From the NCBI RefSeq assembly GCF_964355755.1, contig NC_092677.1, positions 18,994,101-19,058,100 of the forward strand: DNA of 64,000 bases. The letters run 5' to 3'. The translations under genes were made by a program, and so were the position numbers. Shown in pieces: positions 29,001 through 42,100 of the stretch. The notes under the pieces are model-generated. The model did not search any database. It was not told the origin of the DNA and saw only the letters and a list, made by a program, of their open reading frames with translations. Source of the DNA: Antedon mediterranea. Lineage: Eukaryota > Animalia > Echinodermata. Numbering within the stretch: the stretch's first letter is position 1; each line of letters opens with the position of its first letter.

Positions 29001-30716
29001 CGAAACCTCTTGATACATGAGAAATTCGAGAAACGACCTGGTCCCATACGTATTATGACCATTGCTCAGTTCAGCACCATGTATGATACTTGTCCATTCA
29101 GTCAAACGAAAGGAAAAGTCTTTACAGACCAAGTACATGGTGTGAGTGATAAACCTATTGTTACTGCGGATGTGAGACCCACCGAATTCCTACCAGCATT
29201 GATCAAACTCACTGATACATTGTATATGAAACTACGTCAACGACCAGCTATATTACGTCAACATAAATGCAATCAGATAAAAGAACCACATCAGTTTGCC
29301 TACTCGGAGCTCTTACTTTACTGGCCGTGGCTGAAAGAAAGTGATTGCATAAGCGATGACTTCCAAAAGTGCTTAGACTTGTATGAGAGCAAACTAAACG
29401 AGATAAACATAGTGAAAAATATGCTATTCCCTCATCGTAACAATGTAGAAGCGGGTCGAAACTTCATCGAATCGCAGGATAATGGTCATCGTGCTAACCA
29501 TATTGGTGATATGCTGGATCCATCACTGGAACAGGAGAATGATGAACAGCGTGAGATTGGTACAAATGTCAACGTTCAGAACCTAGCAACTGAACCAGAG
29601 GGTATCGTCGATACAAATGACGAAGTAACCAGTGATCTTGGATCGATATTCAGGCGAATTGACATATCTGATAAAGAACAAATGTGTCAGTCAGTGCTTT
29701 CAATTGGGTACTGAAATACTTGAGAGATATACGAAAATCTACTCAACTCGGGACCAGGGTAAAAGATCCACCACTTTTGGTAGTTCATGGAGGTGCAGGT
29801 TCGGGAAAATCAGAGTTGATACGTGTAATAGCACAGTGGGCAGAAGCCACACTGAGAACAGACGATGACAGAAATCCCGATCAACCACTTGTGATCCTTG
29901 CTGCTCCAACAGGAACTGCAGCCAGTAACATCAAAGGTCTGACTATGCATACAGCGTTCAATCTGCCCTTTGGAAACAAATTTATCAGTTTGAGTGATAA
30001 AAAGCGAGATGCAATGAGATCGCTGTTACAAGGGTTGAAGTTAGTCGTGATAGATGAAATGTCAATGGTAAAAGCAGACCAGTTGTATCAGTTGAATCTA
30101 CGACTTCAAGAGATATTGGGAAATCAGCGAGACTTTGCTGGAATTTCTATTGTCCTGTTCGGTGATCTACTTCAGCTCCGACCCGTATCAGCAAGATATA
30201 TTTTCGATGAGCCATCAAACGAGAATTTCGCTCTTTCTTTCACACTCCGTTCCTTATGGGATCTCTTTACTATGATAGAGTTACGTTATAACCATCGTCA
30301 AGGCGATCATCGCGAATACGCAGAAGTTCTAGGACGTATCCGATATGGCCTGAAAGAACAGCCTGATATCGATTTCCTGAAAAAGAGAGTTACTAAAGAT
30401 ATCCCCATAGATGGGATACATTTGTTTGGAACTAACGCAGAAGTGAACCATTTCAATGATGAGAGACTGAGCGATCTAGAAGGTACTGAATATACGATAC
30501 ATACTAAAAATCGGCTTGTCAAATTTTGAACTCATCTGTGTTTATAGGTCTCCAAATAGTCCGATCACAGAATTTACAGAGGCACTTTTACGTTGTATAT
30601 CAAACAACAAGAAAACCGTGATCTGCGGCGATATAAACACCGATCCTACAGGAAACAAATTATTTGAAAGTTTGACAAATCTTGGCGTATTTGGTAGGTT
30701 ATTGATGTGTATGTGA
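26068..30716 (+). pseudogene. Disrupted Helentron Rep-helicase-endonuclease polyprotein
   Basis: Cys-rich N-terminal region; HUH Rep motifs FFTLSCAD, YRVEFQKRGAGHIH, YITDYYMK; Pif1 helicase GGAGSGKS, APTGTAA, IDEMSMV, GDLLQLRPV, HRQ; AP-endonuclease fragment VYRSP..GDIN. In-frame TGA at 27976-27978, frameshifts near 28690, 29700 and 30520; helicase C-terminus deleted. Confidence 0.92.
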
Positions 30717-30824
30717 CGTCACATCCCGTCTTATGACGTCATTACAGCTTCATTTTTTAATTAATTTGTTTAATTAAGAAGCCACAATGAGTGACACACA
30801 CCACAGCGTTATGTAGTTATATGC

Positions 30825-30897
30825 GGCTTCTTGGCGTAGTGGTTATCACGTCTGTTTAACACGCAGAAGGTCCCCGGTTCGAGCCCGGGCGAAACCT
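30825..30897 (+). tRNA. tRNA-Val(AAC)-like, probably a pseudogene
   Basis: A-box TGGCGTAGTGG; anticodon arm TCTGT-TTAACAC-GCAGA; T-arm CCCGG-TTCGAGC-CCGGG; downstream T-run terminator; two mismatches in the acceptor stem. Confidence 0.75.
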
Positions 30898-31109
30898 TTT
30901 TTTTTTAACTTTATGGTGAAAAGTACTGTATACGCAATATGATATACAGTATATCTTATTTTTATTATTTTTTTAAATATTTATTTTGTGTAATCGGTAA
31001 TTATCACTTTTACACATGTTTATCTTGCTTTGTGCTTATTACCATAATAATTTATTTGTAATTTAAATGGATTAAAAAACTTTGTGTAACCCACATTTTT
31101 GGTGTAAGA

Positions 31110-31185
31110 GGTTTCGTAGTGTAGTGGTTATCAAGTCCGCTTAACGCGCAGAAGGTCCCCGGTTCGAGCCCTCATGGCGAGACCA
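31110..31185 (+). pseudogene. tRNA-Val(AAC) pseudogene
   Basis: GGTTTCGTAGTGTAGTGGTTATC...GGTTCGAGCCC with a TCAT disruption in the T-stem and mismatches in the D and anticodon stems; 3' flank similar to that of the 30825 copy. Confidence 0.75.
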
Positions 31186-31849
31186 TTTTGCTTAAACTTT
31201 ATGGTGAAATATACTGTATACGTAATATGATATAGAGTATATATATCTCGTTTTATTACTCGGGGTACCTGAGTCTAGGACTCTCTAATCTTTTCCTCTT
31301 CTTCTTCCATCTGGACACTATTGAGCAAAAAGTTCGATTTATAAAGTACTACTCCTCCCTTATTCGTGGTAGTATTGAGCTCAGATTTAGCATGAATATA
31401 CTACAGGGACATGTCCTCAAAGCTAGCTATAGAGCCGGATTTTAAAATTTCAAACCGGATGCAGCCATATCACGTCTCGAAGATGGTACCGTATAGCCGT
31501 ATTTGGTAGCGCGGTTATCGATGTGTATGTGACGTTACATCCGGTCTTATGACGTCATTACAGCTTCTTTCGCTGTACCCCGAGTATTGCACATTCGTGC
31601 TTGTTATTTTTGACCAGTGAAAAATTTGGTCAAAAACGGTCATTTTTGGCAAAAGTTGTCCATTAAAGTGAATAGAAATATGTATCTTCTCAGTATTTTT
31701 ACACCAACTACAACCATATCCACCCAACAATTTCTGAGATATGAAAAGTGTGCTCTAAGCCACCAAAAAAAATCGTGTCGGCTATAATGTCAAAGGTAAA
31801 AATTAGGGTTTATTCACAATTTTGTGATTTTTATTTGAAACCACGTTTA

Positions 31850-32042
31850 TCTTAGGTTTAAATAGAGATATCTTATTTTTTTTAATAGAGATATCTTAGT
31901 TTTAGATAGAGATATCTCTTTTAATAGACTATACCTATACTTAATAGAGATATCTCTATTAATAGAGATATCTCTATTTAAAACTAAGATATCCCTATTT
32001 AAAACAAGATATCTCTATTCAAAACTACGATATCTCTATTGC
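31850..32042. repeat. AATAGAGATATCT tandem array arranged as an inverted (fold-back) block
   Basis: Left units read AATAGAGATATCTT, right units AAGATATCTCTATT, and central units are palindromic. Confidence 0.75.
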
Positions 32043-32407
32043 TTGAATAAATGACAGCTTGTCGCGCCATAGCTTATAGCTAGCGTATGCCTAGGCCTAT
32101 AAACCTCTACGAGAGAACTTTCGACGCGATGCTAATAAGTGCATTGTTTTTTTCTTTTTATCATAATTAACCTTATTAGAACGCACATTTAAGACAAAAA
32201 TGACCTGGTTTAATGTTTTTAAAGTTATATATATGCATTATTTTTACAAAACGTCAAACATTGCAGGTCTAGTGTCTTTAACAACAACATAAAAATGAGT
32301 ACAGTAACTGCGAACGTGTTTTTAATGTGGTGCTAGGATACCAAAAATGCTAGGTAACAAATTTTCACGATCTTGTAACCATGGTAACAGCCCCAAGCTC
32401 AAAATGG

Positions 32408-33000
32408 CCATATCTCCATATACCCTCTATTGACAAGATATTGGTATCAAAATACTCGGAATATATTATATATTTATATTCTTTGTAATAGAACATTTTT
32501 ACTAAATGCAACTGGAAATGCTATTTTATGTACTATTGACCCTTGACCTTGACTCGTACTGTATCTTAAAAATGGCTTGATCATAAACATTTTAAAATGA
32601 TCTCAAATTGCTTAGACCTTATATATTTATATTTATTGTAATGTAATATTTTGTTTAAAAATGTCCGGAAGCAAAGTTATTGACCTGCGACACAGAGAAT
32701 AGCTTACAAGGATTTTTATTCTGTAGTCTCTGGTCATATCTCCATAACCCTTTGGTCTATTGACAAGATATTGGTATCAAATACTCGGAATAAATATATT
32801 TATATTCGTTCTAATAGACCATTTTGACTAAATGTACCCGGAAATGCTATTTTTCGTTACTAGTGACCCTTGACCTTGACTCGCACTGTATCTAAAAAAC
32901 GGCTGGTCATGGAATTTTAAAATGGGCTCAAATTGCTCAGACCATACATATTTATATTTATAGTAATGCAATATTTTGTAAGAAAATGACCGGAAGTAAA
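32408..33000 (+). repeat. Two tandem approximately 320-bp units related to the Academ-like subterminal repeats
   Basis: CATATCTCCATA..TTGACAAGATATTGGTATCAAA..TGACCCTTGACCTTGAC repeated at about 32408 and 32735; similar to 23017-23430. Confidence 0.6.
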
Positions 33001-33287
33001 AATGTTATCGCAATTCAAAAGTCATTCTCCATGGAGAGAGAACCAACAAGATGGCGGCTGCAATCGACCAATTAGATATGCCCCACGCAGTAAGATTCCG
33101 TTTTTATTTAGTAATTAATTTTATTAATGGTATTGATTTGGTAACATATATATATTTTTTTTATAACAACAACAAAATAAATGCTAGGGCCTACATGGAA
33201 GTTAGGATACATCAAAGAATGAACCAATACAAAAAACACACAAATTCACCTCTCTTTTTATGCAGTATATGGCTTTCTGTGTGTTTT

Positions 33288-33760
33288 TTACACAAACTAC
33301 GCCGCCAACGTTAACCATTCAGAGACTCGTTCATCATTTCATTTGTAATAATTTGCCTTTATTATTTAAATATTGTTCATACCCTTTTCAGTATATTAAC
33401 AAATATATCCACGACACTTTATTATTTTATTTAGAACCTTTAATCAAATTGATTTGTTTTGATATTAAATTCGATAATTAAAGCCTTTTGAACGTTATAC
33501 ATTTTCAAAACAAAAGACTCAACTCCATACGCTACATAGAAATTGTTGGACACAAACACGGCTTCTAATCCATTCAATGCCGTAACTCTCTCTCTCTGGT
33601 GTTTTTGAACAAACTGCGCCGCCAACGTTATTAAAATTCAGAGACTCGTTCATCATTTCATTTGTGATAATTTGCCATTATTTAAATATTGTTCATACCC
33701 TTTCAGTATATTAACAAATATATCCAACTTTAACTAACTAACTTTATTATTTTATTTAGT
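33288..33760 (+). repeat. Approximately 145-bp direct repeat pair
   Basis: ACAAACT(A/G)CGCCGCCAACGTTA..ATTCAGAGACTCGTTCATCATTTCATTTGT..CAGTATATTAACAAATATATCCA at about 33290 and 33609. Confidence 0.8.
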
Positions 33761-36549
33761 CATCAAAGCATACATTATGAATTAAAAATAGTACATAATT
33801 GTTATTAATGGGACGTAGTTATGGGATGTTTTGTTCCAAAATCAATCAATCGAACGCTATAATGTACTAGCGCACGCGCGCGCAATAATCTTTGCCACAA
33901 GTACTTCTGTACGCTGTGCACATTGGTATTTCATCGTAAAATGACCAATTACATTTTTTTTTAATAATAAAAAGTTGAAAATATTTGTTTGCTCCTATAC
34001 TTTACATGCATTAATGCAGACAGGTTTGACACATTTTGATCTGCATATCACGTGACTATAATCCAATGTCGTAACTCTTTATATATATGGCTCTGATATT
34101 TATGATATATGCACGCCCTCTACAGTTTCTGCCTTTACCTAATAGGAAAAAAAATAATGCTACCTGGGTTGGGGAGGAGAGTTTTCCGGGTTGTATTTGT
34201 CCGAGGAGTAGTTTTCAGGCGTTTCCGGTGTGTGTATTTTGCGTGTCATCATCTACGAAGACAAGGTGTTAAAATAAAAGTTTATTGATTCAATGATTGA
34301 TTTAAAATGTATGGATAATAAAGATCAATAAAACATCTGGGTAAAATGGTATCCCTAAATAGCGCCGTGTAAATGTGTATACATACCCCACCGAGATACA
34401 CGCACTGTGTCGTCTTTAATTAAAAATAGTAATGTTTTTATACATCTCCCGTAAAGCCCCTTTGTTACCATTGCCAAGCACAGCTCATTTGCCTTCTCAA
34501 TTAAACATTTTTGCAATTCGGTTTTGATTTTGGGGTTTTATATTCAGAAAAGGCGAATGCCTATGGACCTGGTTATAGGTATATTTTATTTCACCTTGAG
34601 TAATTAATTCATAAATTGAACAAAAATACCACATACTTAAAAAAGTGTAGAACATAGTTAATCTCCATGGGAACGATTTATAGCGTTGGCGTTTCGTTTG
34701 TTTATGCTGTTTACTATTCATATGGTAACACACAATTCATTTTCATTTGAAAATGAGTTTTCTTGTCACATGGTTGTCAGTTTGGAATCTGATATTCCTA
34801 ACATATCAGGTGGCCATATATTGATCTACCGTACCAATTAGTTACACTCTAATTATAAACCCAGCATAAACGAGGCTAGATGATGGGTGGAGCTAATGCA
34901 TTGATAGGCGTTCATTCGTTTATAATTAAACCAATTTTTTATTTTTGTTGGCGAGATCCTGGTACACCATGACTGAATTATTCAAACATTGTGATACTGT
35001 ACCGTAATGTAGAAGTGATACTAGACTGTACCCCCAAAATAGTACGGTGCTGTGGTGCTCTGATGAGATATTCCGGTATGCTACACATGACTGTGTAAAG
35101 GTGTTTCCGTATAATTATGTAATTTGTAAGTGACGTCACACCCGAAGAATTGCATTTTAAAATCATAAATAAAATAAATTTACATAAACCATTGCATAAA
35201 CATTTATTATTGTTATTATTATTTTTAATGAAATAAAAAAGACAGTCCCATCAAAGTTACAACCAACAAAAACTATTTATTTATTACCACCTACAGGCCA
35301 CACACACCGAATCTTGCCAAATGATCTAGATCACTTATCAGAGCTATTATGAAAGGGGCAAGGTTAAAAACCTATTTTTAAAAAAAATACCCTCCTCAGT
35401 AGGATTCGGAACCAGGTTTTCAATTATGGTGTGTTAAGTGCTAAGGAGGTCTCAAACTCACTTCACTTGTTACCGTATGTCGTGCATTACTATTTTACTA
35501 AGGCACAACAACACTTAGGGTGCTCTCTGCTCTGTTTATTGAATTGATTATGTGTTTTGACAAGAGATAGATGAATGAATGAATTAATGTTATCAATTAT
35601 CAATTTTATTTTATCTATTAGGTCAAATTCTAGCTTTTTATTTGGAATATATCGAGGAGTATAACTGGGAGAACAAAATAAATATGATACAAAATAAATG
35701 ACTGAATAAAATGTATTTCTTGTAAAAACGCTTTATCAATCGGAAACACATATATATTTATACGGCCTAGGATGGCCTGGGTGGGGTATCGTCTGCGTCA
35801 CGTTTATCCCCATTCGCGTCATATCATGAGGTTGATGACAATCTGATCGGCATATAGTAATTGCGTCTCGCAACACCGAAAATCAGAATTGTACAATTTT
35901 ATTTTCACCACCTACTCTGGTTTCACGAATGTTGAATAAGCCTAGGTATATATCAGCTATCAAATTATCACATTCGGCCGCCGCACTTTTTATAGACCAG
36001 ATTATGTGAATGTTATATGTTGTAATAAAATTGACGTAGGGCCTACTTACCACCTTAAAGCAAAGCAAACACTTTGATTTAAATTTCATTTAAGGTTTCC
36101 TAACCCTTAGTTAATGTTTTAGATTAACTTTTAAAGTTTCCATTTTTAAATAATCGGAATGAACGTTGTTATGGTGCCGATTTCGCGCCGCGGCTTTAGC
36201 CAGCTATATCCCCATTGGATCGGACTACTCTTAGAAGCTACACATCAAGCGGAAAGCTTATTTACGGCTGATATTTTTGGTATTTTGTAAACTCGACTCA
36301 TTGATAGGTCCAAGCTGCTGGACCCAATAAACGTCTGGGAAAAGAAAGTCTATGAGGGCTCACGGTTGAACGATTTTGGATTCTCGCCCTTTGATTGGTT
36401 GACTTGATTCGCTAATCAGGACTAAATATCCAACACACGGGAAAATCATGGAGCTATAAAATTAGATTTTTAATTTTATAGCTCCATGGGAAAATAATGT
36501 ATTGAAATTCTTTGAATATTAGGTTAAATAAACACTCTTTTTTATTTAA

Positions 36550-37062
36550 AGATGTATTGTCCCTTGAAACACGAAAATATGAAGGTCATAATATTAAAGT
36601 TATTCACTTTAAGTCGAAAATTTGAGCCAAAACAACAAGTTTACCTAATTAACAGGTAAATTAATTTGATTACATTTCGTTTGGAAAATCGTCAGGAGCG
36701 AAGGTAAACAAAGATTTCAAACCATGAGTATGCATTATGCATGATGCTAATTAGGATTGTTTACAACTCGTCACGGTTGAGAAAGTCTTTTCATACAGAT
36801 TGCGAGGAAGTTTTATGATTATGCATACAGAGTAGCCAAATGAGCGTGTTGCATTATGAGATATGATTTGATCGAAAACTTTGACTGGAAGTCAAAGTTA
36901 TTTTTTTAACCAAAAAACGTCTGTATTTTAGTTAAATGATTTTTTTTCGACAAATTTTTGGTTAAAGTTAATAACTATTATGATACTTCAAAATAACCCA
37001 CTTTTTTTCGAAATCTTTTTTTTTTTAATTTTTTTGGATTTAGTCAAAGGGACAATACATCT
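36550..37062. mobile_element. TTAA-site MITE (Kolobok-like)
   Basis: TTAA|AGATGTATTGTCCCTT ... AAGGGACAATACATCT|TTAA; related ends at about 50439 and 63580. Confidence 0.8.
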
Positions 37063-39184
37063 TTAATAAACATGTAATATCATATTCAATTGAATGTTAC
37101 AATGTTGATATCCAAAATATATTACTAAAAACCGTAATTTTTTAAGTTCATACTGAGGGCAAAATTTATTTACTTTGTGGCTAAAAAGGATTATTTTCGA
37201 CGATTTTTTGGACCCTATATTTCGAAAAGTACAAGTCATATTTTCATAATTCTTTCTTTATTTTAATATTGATACAATATATCAACAGGCAATGTATGCT
37301 ATTAACTTTTAATGTTGCATCGCTAATATACTGTCGTTTAGTTTATGAATATATTTTTGTTCTGTACAGTAGGCCAGACTATATTTACACAAAATGTTTA
37401 CTACTGATTGTTAAACAAAAATAATCGATACAATAAAGCATTATATCTGAAGAAAGAACAATGATTAAAATTATTAGTGAAAAAGTCGAGCGGCGTTTTT
37501 GTAAGAAATATTTCTTGTTTAATTCAAAATCAGTTTACGTGAGACACAAGAGGGGTAGTTTCATTGTAATTTCAGTGCTATCTAAACTTTTAAGCTTCAA
37601 CCGCAGTTTGAACGATGTCCTTAATTTGGACGCAACGCGACGAAAGAATTAATTGAACAATCACGACATGATGGGTCATCCAAACTGTCGATTGTGATTG
37701 ATCAAATCACGTACGTTGCGTCTACGTCCCAATCGCGACCATTTAACGATTTAAAAATTCAACGCAACTCGTCGTACAGGAAAACAGGTTTTAACGATTT
37801 ATTAAGTTTTATTATTGTTTTTTAGGGTGGGTTACTATTAGAAGTGGGGATACTATGAGTAGTGGGTATACTATGAGTAGTGGGTTACTATTACTAATCT
37901 TAAATTAGACACCTGAAAATAGGTAGCAACTCATAGCAAAATAATAAAACAGTACGAATAAATAAATTTGGTTGAACTCTAACTCAAAACACTCAATCCT
38001 CCCCCACTCCTGAGATCAACATGCATTATCTCCTTATTTTCAAAATACGGCTGCATCATAGGTTTTTGTGACTCTAATAGTAACCCCCATGGGTTACTAT
38101 TAGAGTGTGGGTTACTATGAGAAGATTAACGGTACAGATTTCAACGATTTTTAATATTTGTAGATGGATACATTCCTATCAGCAGACCTCCTCCTAACTT
38201 GACAAAATTAGATATCGGTAGGTTTTATGAAACTACAGAGGGCGGTATAATACATACATACAACAATAGAGGGCGCTATAACAAATCAATATTGGCATCA
38301 TTGTAAAGAGTTGGGTCAGGTCAGGGGTGCCAATTATTTCACTTAAACAATGCCTGTATGAATTGGTTACAGTATTTAACATCTAAATATCAACTGAAAT
38401 TTCGACATAGCAATAAAATAAATAATTAAAACAAAAATAGTATGTCGAAATTTCGACACACGTATGTCGATATTTATACATAATATTTTTTTTTTTTTTT
38501 TTTTTTTTGCTAAATATTATTTATGTGGCAGGATTAGGCTTTTTTTCAAAATATCTAGAAAATTGCATTTTTGTCGGGCGACACATGTTGGGGGACCGGG
38601 AGATGACTCGAAATATCGGGAGACATTAACAAGTTGGGAGGTCTGTACCTGCTAAAATAATTGATTTAATACACTCAGACATCATTTTTAGGTTAGTAAG
38701 GTAAGTATAATATAATGTAAAAAAAGTATTTTATCTATTTTCCGCGTAGGCGAATAACTGTAAACTTGTATACTAGTATTAAACTAATGTCTGTTGTATG
38801 CGGCTCTCACAACACACTCTAAACGCGATGATCGAGTATTCCGATCCTATATTCTCATTATTATTCATAAGTCCTTCCCACAATCCAACGCTCGTCGTGT
38901 GTGTAGTATTTGTCGCACCCATCTGCTATTTTGAGAGCACTGAGGTCTTCTTGCGATCAAAAGGAAAACAAGATAACTTATCAAATAAAACTGGACCAAG
39001 GGAATCACATTTTTAGTTACTGTTGTTCTTGGATCATTACTGGATGGTTATTCATCTCTAATTTACTGACTTTGGATTTATTTACTTGCCGAATTAGTTG
39101 CATTAGGGTGAAGTTTCATGAATGGTTCGTGGCTCCATTTCTGAGCCCATCGAGAGCTCTAGTTCACATCAACACATCACCATC

Positions 39185-42100
39185 ATGGGGTGTTTCGGGA
39201 ATGGTATGCCGCGAGAGGAAAAAGAGGCAGAAAAGAGGAGAAGAGATGCTAACAAACGTATTGAAAAACAACTACAAAAGGATAAACAAGTGTACAGGGC
39301 TACACATCGTCTATTATTACTTGGTTAGTGACGCAACACCGGGCACTGCTAAATATTTCAAGTGCACGCCCAAGTTTATTCGTTTCTAAGCGAGATCTTG
39401 TCAATTGAATAGTAGTAGTAGGCCACCAACCTTCGTATGTCAATCGGCTAGAGAAGGGCCTAGCCTGGGCCTAGCTCTCTGTGATATTTTTTTTTTGGGT
39501 CGTAGACAAACATCTGGCTTCACCTTATAATTACTTTAATTAAAATGATTTAAAAACTTGTCGTTATGTCTGTTATATTTTTTGTTTTTTTTTATTTTTT
39601 ATATTTATTATATAGCCTATAGCCTATATCTCTTGGTATTCTTGTTGGGTCAGATGAATGAAACTAAAGGTCAACCTACCTAGAAATTCATCAAAATAAA
39701 ATGACTAAACTTCTTGGTCACTTTAATTCTATCTACGTAGCATTAGCCTAGGCCTAATGCATTACTAACTAGCCTAGCCTGCTAGGCCTAATTTAATTGT
39801 TTAGATTGAATATCAGGGTTTTTTATTCAAAATTATTTAATGTTCATTAGTTTTCAATTTTTAACGATAGTGATTGTGAATTGATTGTCTGGCTATATTG
39901 CACCGCATTGAATTATTCGCTTGTAAGAATTAACAATTACAAAGTTGTTTTTCTAATTTTTTAAGAATCTATTTTATGTAGAAAGAATGATTTTGCTATT
40001 TAGTTAAATATAAATTTCATTAATAAAAATACTATACACTATTAACTTATTTGATTTAATAATTCTGTATTTTAAATTGCCAGTATGTGTGCATGGGGGG
40101 GGGGGGGGGAGATGGGGGTTTAAGGCTGTATTGCAGTTTGCCTGAAGTACAATATCTTTATGATACATGCATGGCGTGCACAGTTTTTAAATTTTAGTTA
40201 TACTAGCTGAAATAAGACAACATAATTATTTTTAAAAGTCAACATTTTTGCGATTAGCCTTGTTTGATTTGTACTTGGTAATACATATACAGGTATAAAA
40301 TAATTGGTATGATTACCAAGTCATATCAAATAATTTGCAATGCAGACTCATATTTATTAATGATAGCTTTGTGTACAGGACAGTTCTATTATAAAATAAC
40401 TATGCAAATGTTCTTTCAAACCTTGTATAAAGTATAATATGATTATGAATATTTTGGCACAAGCCCATCTAATCTATAATGTGGTATTATTTAATTTAAC
40501 AATAACACAGTTCCTTGATTCCTATATATTGTATTCTGTACCCAATAGTTTGAGTCTAAATGTGTTCTTGTACCTGTATATAGAAATTCATGTTCTTATA
40601 TTCTGAGCAGTTGCTCCCATGAAGGAAACAATGATGTGAGCGATGTGCAGTATGCTACATCTAAATCAGCTGTATGTTCAAGAAAACGAATGACATATAT
40701 AATTTTAAGTTAGGCCTAACTTAAGTAAACTGAGGCTATCTACAGTAAATCATACTTCAATCAATGTAAAAAATGTAGGCCTCTGTGAATCATTTTCATC
40801 CAGGAATTGGATGGCGCCTGTATCAGCCTTGATAATTATACAAACCCTGCCTAGCTAACTGTAATACTTTGCTGTGTAGTAGTATGTACTGTAGTTAGGT
40901 CGTTAGTAATAGTAGTATGAAGATGTATTTTTAGCAGTAAGCGAAATAGAGAAATTCAGTTAGAGATAAAGATGCTACTATAGTCTGGTCACTAAATATT
41001 TAAAATACAATATTTAGATACTGTAATGTTTTTTCTCTTTGTGTAGGGGCTGGTGAATCTGGTAAAAGTACAATTGTGAAACAAATGAGGATATTGCACG
41101 TGAATGGTTTTAGTACAGAGTAAGTACAATTGTGTGTGTTTATTAAAACAGTTAAATCGCTGCATGAAAAATACCATATTATTCACGTATGCATGAAAAA
41201 TACAATATTTGTTTTAAATTATTTCCTCCAACTGTATCTCTTTTACTGTAAGTGTAAGTGATTACTTTTCGTCACTTGTTACTTAAAAGTAAGTGTTTAT
41301 GGCAAACATTATCTATTTGTTTGTTTTATAAAATAACTGAGTAGTTTTATTAATTTTATGTATCTTCGTCATTATCCATTGTAAAAACACATATTCCTTG
41401 CATACAGAAAGAATTTTGTAGAAAAAAAGTTTCTCTTCTCCCTTCCCTTTAGAATAACCCATTGAGCACAAAAAATAAATGAAAAGAATTTTCAAATGAA
41501 CCTGTTTTAGGATTTTTTAAGATTGATTTTTAAATCGCCATTTAAACAGATTTTAAAAGGTGGAATTACCACTGCATAGTGAAAGTGTTGAGTGTATACA
41601 GTACACATGGGTAGGAACCATTGCCAAATAATAGGATGACAAACAGATAAAATGAGCAACACTGTAGAATGTAACAGTAAAAGAAGATGTTATACTTTTT
41701 AAATGAAAAGTAACAATAGTTTTAAAATAATACTTTAAGCACTGATCTGTGCATACAAGTTATGGATCCTATGCTGTATCATGCTTTCTAAATCTAGGGA
41801 TCTATAGTAAAAGCATGAATGTTGAACCTTAAGGTGATAGTAGGTTTATATTTTTCTAAATATACTTTGTTTATGTTTTCGATTCATTGGTATTAAATTA
41901 CCTGATACCGTTATTTTTTTATACCTTAATCTTTAATATATTTACTTTTTTTACATGCAATAATTTACCATGATTTATGGATTGTACAGACAAAACCAAT
42001 ATTCATTGTATTGCGTATACATTGGAAAGTTTCAGAGCTTTTATTGATCAAGTTTTTGAGGTTCTATGCATTGATTAATAGACTAACTTTATAATTTGTT

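Larger units (their letters stand above)
22057..31600 (+). mobile_element. Helentron complex: tandem 340-bp non-autonomous units plus a coding copy
   Basis: Units at 22057-22396, 22401-22736, 22741-25946 (split by an insertion), 25951-26020 + 30686-30755 (split by RepHel coding DNA) and 31257-31600. Each starts TACTCGGGGTACCCGAGT (subTIR + inverted repeat) and complete units end ACCCCGAGTA-TC-GCACATTCGTGC (subTIR + hairpin), joined at T-runs. Confidence 0.85.

Noticed and set aside
32693-32732. CAGAGA..TCTCTG short segment as a fourth P-like footprint (similar partial cases near 21943 and 53585-53715)
   Set aside because: Arms are asymmetric and no 7-bp flanking duplication is visible.
38910-39389. 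159-aa alternative-frame ORF over GNAS exon 1 (ALEX-like)
   Set aside because: Starts at a non-ATG codon, runs into the intron, and has no protein-like features.
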